Assembly: GCA_013115145.1 (NCBI GenBank)
Contig: JAAPAO010000185.1
Coordinates: forward strand, 1-56,566
DNA length: 56,566 nt
Source of the DNA: Perkinsus chesapeaki ATCC PRA-425
Lineage: Eukaryota; Protista; Perkinsozoa
Direction: 5' to 3'
Shown: positions 36,064 to 47,004 of the stretch, one piece after another
How the letters are laid out: each line of letters begins with the position of its first letter
Numbering within the stretch: the stretch's first letter is position 1
Notes under the pieces: generated by a model
What the model saw: only the letters and a program-made list of their open reading frames with translations
Told to the model about the DNA's origin: nothing
Databases searched by the model: none
Made by a program: the position numbers and the translations under genes

Positions 36064-39000
36064 GTTTGTCTCTGACTGGTGTGAATGCAGCAGTAGTTCG
36101 TCTGCTGGTGGTGGAGGTCACTGCGAGGATGCTCCATGGTAGGTGTGATTGGAAGCCTCGTTGGTAGATTACAACCTTACTGACGGATGAGATTACGATC
36201 TCATTGGTCATTACGCTTTTTTTATTTATTATTCAAGACGCTAATTCTTATGCCTTTGTTGCGAACTTTTTATATTAAGGCTTTGATGAAATATTTCGCG
36301 GTTACCTCACACTCGTTAAGGTAGACTGTGAAAATCCTGTGAATTTTCGGCGACAAAATTTCTGATTTTCTCCGTCTTCCGCAGGGGAGACACCATCCGA
36401 CGCAATGCAGAGTGGCTTCGATGACGTGCAGCAGGCGTATCTCGATACGGCGGATTTGCCAGGGTCAACCTCGGAGGACCGGGCAACGGCAGCAAATCTG
36501 ATTGAAAGGGTAAGAAGAGTGTGCGCGGCGTTTAGCTAGTTGGGTGCATATCGTAATTTAAATCGTATTTATTATGTATCATCATCCGAGTCGAAAAATT
36601 TTGAGCAGCAGAGATGAACCCTCGTGAATGTTTAGTGGGCGCATGTGCGCGAAATGGGAAGATCGTCATCAGTTGTTTTTAGATTCCTTCGCTATCGTCA
36701 AGTGTTAAAATATCGGCCAAGTTGAATGCCACGAAAGCCAGTGAGCTCGAGGACTTTATATTGTCGTTGGAAAGAGAGACTGTTGATAATAAGATGTCCA
36801 GAGGGGTAAGCTGGTTATTATCCCCTCTAATCTTCGACTATTAATTCACATTGCAGAGATTCGTATACGCGCTGGCACGACGAACATCTATCTACGCGAT
36901 CAGGCGATAGATATTTCTGCCCTTCGGATTTTTTACAAAATCGATTTTCGGAACGAAAGAAGCTGCAACTTACTCTAAGCGCCATCTCCTCTCTGATGAT
37001 CGATTTACTCTTTAAGTGCAACCCTGAAGTGTCTCTTAGTTGGCAATCGAAATCGCCGAGTACAAAATCGGCGTGCTGTTCTTGCACCGTCTCGAATTTG
37101 AGTTTAGCAAGCCCTCGTATCGTTCCACACTGCGCTGGTCGTTTAGAAGGGTGATTCAGTGTCATGTTCTTTATAGCTTTGTGGCATACACGTTTCACCT
37201 TTCGACGACCAATAGGGTTAGAGATAGTAATTAGGCTATTTTATGGCGTTGGAGTGTGGTCACTGTGGCCGCGTAAAGTGGGGAGAGGACCGCTAAGGTT
37301 CGCAGCAAAATGTTTTTGCTCAGCTATGACTTTGTTATAACATTTTAATCTTTCGAGAAGTATCGGAGAACGATAGAAAATAATAATGTTTTGAAACGGA
37401 GCGCATCGGAGGTTCCTTCCTCGACGCTCATTGCCAGTTTGCTGTGGATAGAATTTTATACGGCACGTTCGTGAATGTACTCTTCGATGAGAGTTTGCCA
37501 CGGCGAATGTTTTGAATCAAAACATTATAAAAAACATTTGAAACACATTATTAAAACTTTCAATGGTTTCGGAGATTTCTCATGGCGCCAGTAGTGCAAC
37601 TCTCGAGGACTCCGTCGTATTTCCCAGCGCGAGATCGAAGGCTTCCAGAAGGGGTCCGTTGGTGTTGCTGTAGAAGCATTTCCGGTGAAATCATTGTCGA
37701 ATATCCGTCGCATTAGGAACACTTTTTGATCCGCCCGAAGGAAGGCTACTGTGTGGAGCTAGAGAAATTTTCGAATTGGTCATCACATTTCTGACTCAAA
37801 AATTCCGACGGTCTTTTGGTCTCAGGGTGTCGTCAACGTACCGACGACAGACGACTGTTTCGGCATCTACATGTCCTATATTGATTCCGAGTTGCCGATC
37901 TTCCCCGTACTTTTCGATCCACTTTCGAGAGACAACAGACCAGCGGCGAGCTGCCTCTATTTTGATTCGGTAAGTAAGTTGGAAGCTACTAAACGTTCGA
38001 CGAAGAGGTGTCTTGGTTATTCCTGTCCGCTCTGTACGACATAAACTAGATGATTTATTTTATGTTTACAATTTGATTTTGTTAAATTTATTAAGAACAT
38101 CAAATTCGTGCGAAACTGTCGCCCACTCGACCTCCATAGTGCATCTGCTGAGTCTCTCTGGGACTAGTTTTGGAACATTCTCGAAATGCTGGCTTTGTTG
38201 GGCATGTGTAGGAACTCTGAGCCGAAAGATGCAAAGTTATGAGTTGCGTAAATTCATAGGACTTACTTTACCTAGTTAATAACTGATTAATATGCTTGTG
38301 TACTATTATAAGTTTTGTATAGTATTATAGTATCCAGACTGGTCAATTATTTGGCTCATATATCTAGATCTATTAACTTAGTTAATAATTAATATCCTTA
38401 TAGTGTTACCTATTCCCATTCACTTGGCTCGCTCTATCGCCAATTAGATTTCCTCATCAAAGTGTCGATCGCCCGATCCATGCGCATCAGTTGGACGGAT
38501 CTTTTTCACCACTTTGAACTAATAGAAATCTTGCTGAAAACTTTTTCTCGGTTGCCTGGGCACCGGAAGTGGTGACAGTGACGATGGAAGACGGCTAAAA
38601 AGGGGCGCTAGATTTGCCGTTGATTTGTCAGAGTGTGGATTTGGCGGCGTATATCGGGCGGTTGATGAGCAACTTGTCCGACGTCAACTTCAACTCGGTG
38701 TATCCTTTAGAGGTAGGAATCAATGAGGGGACTTTGTTTTTCCAGGAAATTTTTTTTCCGGAAAATTCGCGAAATTTCGTGGTAAACATAACGGTTGAAA
38801 TGATCGGCTTGGTTCGTGCGGGGATCAAATATATCACTAATTCTGATTACCGTCATCTCGAACTTCTGTATGAAAATTGGTAGCTTAATACATTAGCCTG
38901 GGAGAAAGCCGTGCTCCTTGTTACGTTAAACTAGTCGAGTATCCACCAGTCACTGTAGGGGGCATAGAGGCAGATGAGATGATCGGCGGGGTAGAGGGAA

Positions 39001-40255
39001 CTTCAGCTTCCCTCTTCGGTAGTCTAGGAAAATATTTCTCAGCAAAATCTCTACGGGGTCTCTCCAGCATTGGGAATCCGGAGGGCTAGACGGACTGCGG
39101 AAGTGTTGCTGTATGGTTTGCAATTTGCGTGTTGTGGGCATTTTTTGGAAACTTTTTGTCAGGCGTTGACTCTGGAGTCGAACGGTACCACTGGGCTCGA
39201 CTCGCAGCATTTAGTCGAATGCGAGGACCTGATAGAGGCACTCGGATGGCCGAGGCCGGAGCCGGTGCCGATGGTTGATGATGACGACAAGCACTGGGCT
39301 GAAGAGGAGGCTCCGGAAGACACTCGAGCCAGCGAGGTCACCCCCGAGGGTCAGCGGGAGGAGGCGATCACTCCTGTTAAAGAGGAAATTGTAGCGGAGT
39401 TCGAGACGCCGGAGACGGAAGCTCCCAGTGAGGAGGATCAGCAACAACATAGTCCGGTGAAGGGCAGGCCTTTCAGACTGGTCGAGGCTACTGGTGATGT
39501 GTAAGTTGGGGGCACGAGGGCAATGGATTTCGGCAAACTAAGTCCCTTTGTTTCGATGCCATTTTGGAGAGCTTGTTCTGTAATGTGAAATTGTCGTGAA
39601 GTGTTCCGTGAATAAGTTTGTGAAATTGTGAGTTTGTTGAAGTGTGTGAAGTTGTGGCGTGGTTTAGCTCCCGAATAGAGAACCCTCAGACCAGGTTATT
39701 TTACGCTGCGCACCTAATTTTCATCAGAGATTTGAGGATTTAAGACCATTGGGCGTTCATCAGTGTAGATGTTTTATTTGTCGAGGAGGATTCCTGCCAT
39801 TTCTTCCGGGCATTATGAGAAAATCATTGTAATCGATCAGCACATTTCCGCGAGGTTAGATCTTCAGCTAGTACAATCGCCGAGTTTAGGACGATAATAG
39901 ATACCGGCGGACGTAGGGAAACAGTTGGCAAAGTGAACAGTAGGGTTCTTGCTTGGCTGGTAAAATATCTTCTAGTGCGGTGGTCGCTTAAGTGTCAAGT
40001 TGTAAAGTCTGCAGCTGTCACTAAGGGAAGATTTAATTACGCACTTTGACAAATTTCCATTTATCTGGAATGTTGCGCAAGTGACATTTTTTCAGAGATC
40101 TGCCGTCGGAGGAGCTGCCAGATTTCACACTACTTCCGCCGGAGCCCATCATCGAGGGAGAAGAAAATAACCAGTTCTGCGGTTTCTGTGGTTTTGATTG
40201 GCGTCGTGAGCTGGCGCCGCTGCAGAGGTTCTTCGGCGAGCAAGCTCGTCATTGA
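36064..40255 (+). CDS. Large multi-exon gene of unknown function; model incomplete and ends uncertain
   Basis: Splice-flanked protein-like exons include 36385-36509 (ETPSDAMQSGFDDVQQAYLDTAD), ~38615-38712, the acidic 39163-39500 region and a terminal exon ~40096-40255. No family recognised. Confidence 0.45.
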
Positions 40256-40701
40256 AGATTACTATAAAAGTTGAAGTGATATTTGTTGTTGTTGTTGTTC
40301 ATATGGAGATAAGTTTCTATTAGAGAATCGTTCCCTTCACTGTCACCAGTCTGTTGCGTTCACTGTGCGATGTTCGATGGGACTGTGTTTGATATAAGCT
40401 TCCGGCGCCCCGTACCCACAGCATCGCACGGAGATAGCTTTTCGTGGCGCGCGCCTTTTGTCTGGGGCGAGCGAGATTTACGTCAGCCTTGGTGTGGTGG
40501 TGGATGGTGAAATATATTGGGATGTTATTGAGGAATATGGATGGAATTTGATAAGATATTTTGAGGTTAATTTCACAAAGATTCGTTTGAAGTTGAATTG
40601 CAAAGATTCTTGGGGGGTCGAATTGCAAAGATTCCTGCGAGGTTGATTGGGAGACCAAGGTTCTTTGGGGTAGGGTTATTGGTGTGTGATTGGTTCCAAT
40701 T

Positions 40702-43700
40702 ATGAGTGACACTCCAAAACTAAACCGATCGGCGATGACGTCGTTGCAATCGGATATCCATTCGATGCAAAATAATATGAAAACTGACGATTTCCATTCC
40801 TTGGCAAACTCCTACAATGCGACCCTGAGGAGTTGGGAGAAAGCCGCGGCGATGAGCTCGGCGATGAGCGGTGCTGAGGTGGTCGATGTTCAAAAGATGG
40901 TAAGGTGCGCATGCGTGCAAATGTGGTAGTGTGGTTGATGTCAGAACGCCCCGGACTTCCTGGTGAAGGCGGTAGTTGACTTGGAGGATTATATTCAGGA
41001 GAAGTTCTCGAGTAGTTGGGAAATCTTTATAGTGCATAAATGAGCGTATCTTTAGATAAGTCTAAGATGTCGAAGATCAAAGCACAAGCGTTGAACAAGC
41101 TTAGGGCACAGGTAAGATACAAAATAGGTCAGCTTGGTGACGACTGTGGCTAAATCGATCAGGTCCGGAAGGGAAATGCGCAGACTTTCTCTGAGGAGCA
41201 GCTCGAGCATTGTCGAGAGCACCCGGAAGATTACGCTGACCTGGAGCCCGAGGTTGACGAGGACTCTGACGACGACGATCAGGATGAAGTTGAGAGTGAG
41301 GAGTCCAGTAGCGAATCGGAGAGTGATAGTGACGACGAATCTTCCGAGAGCGAGTCGGATTCGGAGTCGGAGTCGGAGAGCAGCTCGAGCGAGAGCGAGG
41401 ATGAAAGCCCGAAGGTTCGCGGTGCCGGGATCGAACCCGGGTGGATCGGTTTGTGTATTAGGCCAAAGCGAAGCCGAAGCGTCGGGCAGTCGTTGATGAT
41501 GTGGATTCTGAGGGATCGCTGACTTCCTCAGATGAGGAGAGCGATAGTGACGAGGACGAGGTAATAAAACTCCAGAGGCCGGGATCGAACTTGCGTGGTT
41601 CAGTCGTCATCGGACGAATCGTCCTACAGCAGTAGCTCTTCATCATCGTCGAGCAGCTCCTCGGAGTCGGACTTCTCGACGAGTGAGAGCGAGTCTGAGA
41701 GTGACGCGGAGAGCGCATGGAGCATGTCGGCCGACGATGAGAGTGAAGATGACGAGCTGGACGAGCAGGCGAAGAGGAGAAAGAGAGCTTTGAAATGGCT
41801 CAAGGACAGCGATGAGAGTGACTCTGAAGATGAGAGGAGGCAGGCTAACGAGGTAATATGGCCTAGCGGTAGAGCGTTCGGTTTGTAACCCGTATGTCGC
41901 TGGTTCGATCCTTAGTTGTTACGTTTAGATCCGTGCTCGCCGCTTGCAAGCTCGTGGGGCCAAGGACGAGGCGGCAGCCAAGCGTCAGCAGGCCATGGAC
42001 AGCGATGCTGATGAGGAGGACACCGACGCCGAATTCAACGTCATAGACCGCGAGGAAGCGCTGGCTGAGACTTTGAAAACTCAATACGGTATCCATGATG
42101 AGATGGAGGAGGAGGATGTGCTGAGCAAGACTAAGGAGATCTTGCAGCAACGGGGTCGAAGAGGAGTTGACAGGCAACTTCAACATAAAAAGATGCTTGC
42201 TCTCCTGGAGATATCCGAGAAGAACGATTTCGATCTGAGCACTCGAGCGACCCTTCTGGGAGCTATCCTATCTCATTACGTGGACCAGCGAGCTGGCGTG
42301 TTCAACAGTCTCCCTAGGAAGGCATGGTTGGAGTGCTTTGGTTATCTTGGCAAGTTGATATCTCTCGTGGCTGCCGATGCTAACACTATCATTCTCACTG
42401 GTGGTATGGAGAAGAGTGAGGATGAGACTGTAAAGAGGCAACAGCGATCTGCGACCAACTCGGCGTTGGCCGGCTACATCGAACAGCTGGACGAAGACCT
42501 ATATAAGAGCCTTCAAAGTGCAGCAGAGTAGGCTTGGCCGGGGATCGAACCAGGGACCTTTCGATTGTTGTTAATTTTAGTTTGTCCTCCGCGCAACATT
42601 CCGCTGGTTCGTCGACTACTACTGGTGCTATCGATAATGCCGAGCAGTACACACAGCGACTGGTGGACTCCTACCGACTAGCTGCCGTGGAGTTCGTGGC
42701 ATTGTGTCAGTTCAAGAGTAATGGAGGGAGGGCATCTGTGAAGGGTTCGTACTGGATCATTTTTAAAACGGAGAAGTGGTACTTGTGAGAAATAAGGTTC
42801 ATAAAAATTTGCCAACGTACCAGGCTGGCGGCCTTGAAGCGTTTTCTTTGAAGACTTCTCTAAGGCTTCGTCACAGCGACATTTTGGCAACTAATCACTC
42901 CGCCTCCAATAGACCTAACTCGAACTAGGTTGTTGACGATGACGTTTCATTTCGGTTCCGTGCTCGTTTGTAGCTTCGCCGCGGATTAGTTCGAGGTTTT
43001 TTGTGATGTCGCGGCCGGGGTCTTTCGCATGTTGGTTGTTTCAGTTGATACCAGCGTTGAGGAAGGTGAAGCCAAGGACTCCGTGGTCTCCCGCGTCGCT
43101 TTGAAGTTGATAGATCATCTCTACTATCGTCCAGAGAACCTCAACAAGTTGGTCATTCGCAAGATTTCCGAGAACCTCAAGAACGGCGACGATCTGATGT
43201 CATGCAACCTCGCGAGCGCCTTGGTGGAGACCGCCAGTGTCGAGTGGGAGCGTCTCTCTCAGCTGGAGGAAGGCAGCTCCGTGGCTCTCGTCGGCAGTCT
43301 GGCCGCCTGCATCTACAACTTCAGCGGTCCTATGGCGACTAGCATGAAGGTCGTCGCTTTGTTACGTCAAATTTTCCACTACGCAAATAACGATCGACTG
43401 AAGGAAGCCAGGAGGCTGATAACGGTCTCGAACGTCCACGAGAGGGTGCCTCCCTCCCTTACCGGCGCGGGTGCCGATGTCAACACGCAAGTGTTATACA
43501 ACAGGGCGCTGGCAGCGATCGGAATGGCTCACTTCAGAGCTGGAAATGTTGCCCAGGCACATAAGTAATATATGGGTAATAATGTAGGGGGTGGGAATCG
43601 AACCTGTGTAGGTATCTATACGAGCTTTGCGGACAGAATCGATGCCGTGAACTTCTTGCTCAGGGATACAGTAGAGTGTCTACCATGCGCGGAGAGGTAG

Positions 43701-45003
43701 CCATTTCGTGGCGCAGTGACGGAATTTCGTGCCATTCAGGAGAAGACACCCGAGCAAGAGAAGGCTGAAAGACGTCGTCGTCTGCCCTATCATATGCATA
43801 TGAATCTCGAGCTCATCGAGACGGCCCATATGATTTGCGGTGTCCTTCTTGAAGTGACTCAGATGGCTTATCACCGTGCAACTGGTAAGGTGGTCTTGGG
43901 TTCTATCCGCGGCTGGGGTATTTTTATTGTATATTTTATACAGTGCTGGAGAATATCGTCTATACGTCGAATCGATGAGGAATTTCCTCAGGGAATGCTT
44001 GCAGGAATTCCTATTATGGTTTTGATAAGCGGTACTTCCCAACTCTATTTTTCAGGTGCCAACAGTCCCTTGGTGAATCGCGTTGTCCGTCGGTCTCTCG
44101 AGCTCATGGATCGTCAGACCTTCCTGGGCCCTCCTGAGTCAGGTCGTGACTCTGTACTTTTCGCTGGCAAGGCGGCCCTCTCCGCCGACGTTGACCGCGC
44201 TGTGGCGTTGGTGTCGTCATTGAAGATTTGGGAGCAGCTACCAGCACATGTTCTTACTTCCATTCAAGACGGCATGAGGAGGACCTGCCTTCAAGTTGCC
44301 CTGTACAGAAGTATGCTAACCCATACCTCAGTGAACTCCCTCCAGCTCTCGGAACATTATAAGGTGGATCACAGCGAAGTTAACGGTAGGAATTAATATG
44401 ACAACTTGCAGTGGTTCTAGCTTTGTGAGATCTAGGGTCCGTTGTGGAACTTTTCGTCGGGTCATTGGATTGCAAATGTATCGGTGAACTCCAATTTGAC
44501 GCTGGTCGGCATTGGTCTTTTTTTGTTAGCTATGATTCGTCAACTGATCTTAAGAGGAGAGTATCCAGCTCAGTTCGTGCCGGAGGGTGAGATCGGCGAT
44601 GCCACCGAAGACAAGATGCTTTTCACCAAGTAAGAGACTTAGCCTTTCTGGAGGATTCCCTAAATCTTGTCTTTCCAGCTTCACCCGGGCAACTCGATTC
44701 CAGCAGTTGTCTCGTCAGCTTGTGGACCGCTCAATCATGACGACGGATAGCAACGACAAGCTGGTGATGGATCCAACGACTGGTCGTTACGACTACCGAG
44801 GAAGCGGCCTTCCGAGTGATCAACCCAAACCGAAGATTGCTCGAGCGCCGATGACAAGCGAGGAGGCGGCCAGGAGAGGATGGGGCGCTGCACGGCGGCA
44901 AGCGAAGGGAACGGTGATCCCGAACGCTTCGGCTGTGGGCGGTCTGAAGCCCGCTGTTGGTGGATTGAGGACAGGCAAGTACGTACCGCCAGGACGACGT
45001 TAA
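40702..45003 (+). CDS. EIF3C: Eukaryotic translation initiation factor 3 subunit C (14 exons); the true start may lie upstream
   Basis: Introns: 40900-40944, 41012-41055, 41112-41162, 41415-41461, 41561-41603, 41853-41928, 42528-42580, 42718-43044, 43565-43611, 43697-43739, 43885-44055, 44386-44529, 44630-44678. Motifs: DLEDYI, KAQALNKLRAQVRK, LIDHLYYR, TQVLYNRALAAIGMAHFRAG, RELLAQG, EKAERRRRLPYHMHMNLELIE and LGPPES. Confidence 0.92.
41853..41928 (+). pseudogene. Degenerate tRNA-like cloverleaf (anticodon position TGT, Thr-like) forming eIF3c intron 6
   Basis: A-box TGGCCTAGCGG, then GGTAGAGCG, loop TTTGTAA, variable region ATGTC and B-box GGTTCGATCC, all at canonical spacing. GTAATA pairs with TGTTAC. 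Several stem mismatches argue against a functional tRNA. Confidence 0.7.
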
Positions 45004-45957
45004 ACGTGAGATTTAAATGTATCACTAGTAAGAGTTGTCATTGTTGACGGCTGGAACCATCATCACATCTCCCATTAATGGAAGTAACCGTTTCACCCTA
45101 AACTTATTAGTGCTGAGTTCTACTAGTAAACGGCGAACAAGAGAGAGAATACCGTCTAACGTGGAAAGAAACTCTCTTGGCCAAAGAAAGCGCAGAATAA
45201 CCTCTCTGGGAGCAACACATCGCTGAAGTATATCGAAAGTGTCTTGAGGGTTAGAAAACAAATGAAATAAACGTATAACAGTGCTTTATAGAGCACGGGT
45301 CGTATTATACGGTAATATTATGGAGTCGCTTGGGTGAAGAGAGTAAATACATTTATTGTAAGGATAGCTCTGAAGGCTGTGTAGGAAAGTAACGGTAAAT
45401 GTTGTAATGAATAAATGATAGAATACAAATACAGTAACTAGCCTTTGAGGGAGGCTTCGTTCATAAGAAGGGAACGTCATTGAGAACTATTACTAGAAAG
45501 CACTTTAATAGCCTAAATAACATAATATTAAATACGTTGTATTGTGCCAACTCCTTCGAGGGCAGTTGCATAGGCCAGTCATGGAAGCAGAAGTGGAGCG
45601 TAGTCTCTGTAGACTCCAGAGCAGTTCACCCAGTTTCAGGGATCAAAGGTGTCTCTTTTGTATCATTTGATAGATAATATTCATAAAGAGGACAAATGAA
45701 GCTCGGAACGCATTACCACTGTCAGTTGGCCACTGAATAGGGGTCCGGGACTACGTGTAAACTGAGTTTACGAAACTCATTTGTCGGACCGATTGATTTG
45801 TAGAACCTCCATGGCACTAACAAACGAAACAAAAAGGGGATATATAGAAAGTTGCAAAACAAGTTTGATCCCATAGGGATGGACAAAAGGGAGCATATAA
45901 GGCACATATATATACATGGAAAAAGCCAGCAGCGTCGCCAACAGGTCGATGCTAAAG

Positions 45958-47004
45958 CTAGCAAGAGCAAGGTACGTTACTGCCGAAGCAGACAGGTACA
46001 GTCTGCCAGTACTTGCAATAGGAGCCAGGATAAGTTAGCTCACACTTCTTATCAGCCGCACTACAGTCAACGGGAGCGGGAGTAGTGGCTTCGGGGAAGG
46101 CGTTATTCATCACCCAAACGAAGCGAACGATAGCCTTAGCAAGCTGCTCCTTCACAACCTCGATACGCTGTGTGTAGTAGTCCATGGGAAGAACATCGCC
46201 GTCCTCAATCTCGGAACCGTCCACATGCCTATAGGCGTCTGAGCAGGCCGCAGAAGCGGTCTCGACTGCCATCGAGTTGACACACTCGTCGAGACCGTTT
46301 TGCTCGCAGTCAGCAAGCCAATCTGGTATCATTTCGTGGAAGGCACCACCTTCAGCGAGCTCTGCCTGAACATCGGCCTCGAGAAGGGTCCAGAACATAT
46401 CTCTGTCAGCGGGCGGAGTGCTGAAGTTGAAGTTCTGCTGGATGTAGCCTGGACCGTATTGGCTACCTTCGAGCTGGTCGATCATCTTGGAGTCCCATGC
46501 GGAATGCAGGTTGCCATCCTCGAAGTCGGCGAACTTCATGTCAACGTTAAGAAGGTTGCCACCGACATCAGAGCCGCGGCCGAGGTGAAGAGGTTGATGA
46601 ATGTCGCCCATAAAGTGCATAAGGAAGATGAAAGCCACCTGCCTCTGTTCTAGCGGAAGGGTCTCATCTGATACCTGTCTGGTGTAGTTCTTGACGGCAC
46701 CAACGACGCAGTAGTCATCCTTGCAATCTGTAGAATAGTCGAAGTGGCAACTATCGTCGGTATCAGCATAATGCAGGCCAGCAGACCACTCCCACTCGGC
46801 TGCGTCGGGCCCATGAAGGACGCTATCCGGCAGGCTAGAGTAGTCGGCGATCCTGACACCTTCCCCCATGAGCTCTGCCACCGTCTTGTTGGCGTTGTCA
46901 TTGAAGTAGTCCTTGGCAGCGTCGACGATGGCAGCATGTCCATCTCGTCCCCAAGCAAAGGCACCGGGGATAACTATAGCGGCAAGAATGGCTGTGCTGA
47001 ACAT
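45958..47004 (-). CDS. Secreted S1/P1 family nuclease 1 with a C-terminal 6-Cys module (348 aa, intronless)
   Basis: Signal MFSTAILAAIVIPGAFA, then mature WGRDGH, LHYAD, FLMHFMGDIHQPLH, GGN and NLHSAWD (tri-zinc ligands). It ends with a TTPAP linker and CSAADKKCELTYPGSYCKYWQTVPVCFGSNVPCSC. Confidence 0.95.
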   Translation of the reverse strand: MFSTAILAAIVIPGAFAWGRDGHAAIVDAAKDYFNDNANKTVAELMGEGVRIADYSSLPDSVLHGPDAAEWEWSAGLHYADTDDSCHFDYSTDCKDDYCVVGAVKNYTRQVSDETLPLEQRQVAFIFLMHFMGDIHQPLHLGRGSDVGGNLLNVDMKFADFEDGNLHSAWDSKMIDQLEGSQYGPGYIQQNFNFSTPPADRDMFWTLLEADVQAELAEGGAFHEMIPDWLADCEQNGLDECVNSMAVETASAACSDAYRHVDGSEIEDGDVLPMDYYTQRIEVVKEQLAKAIVRFVWVMNNAFPEATTPAPVDCSAADKKCELTYPGSYCKYWQTVPVCFGSNVPCSC

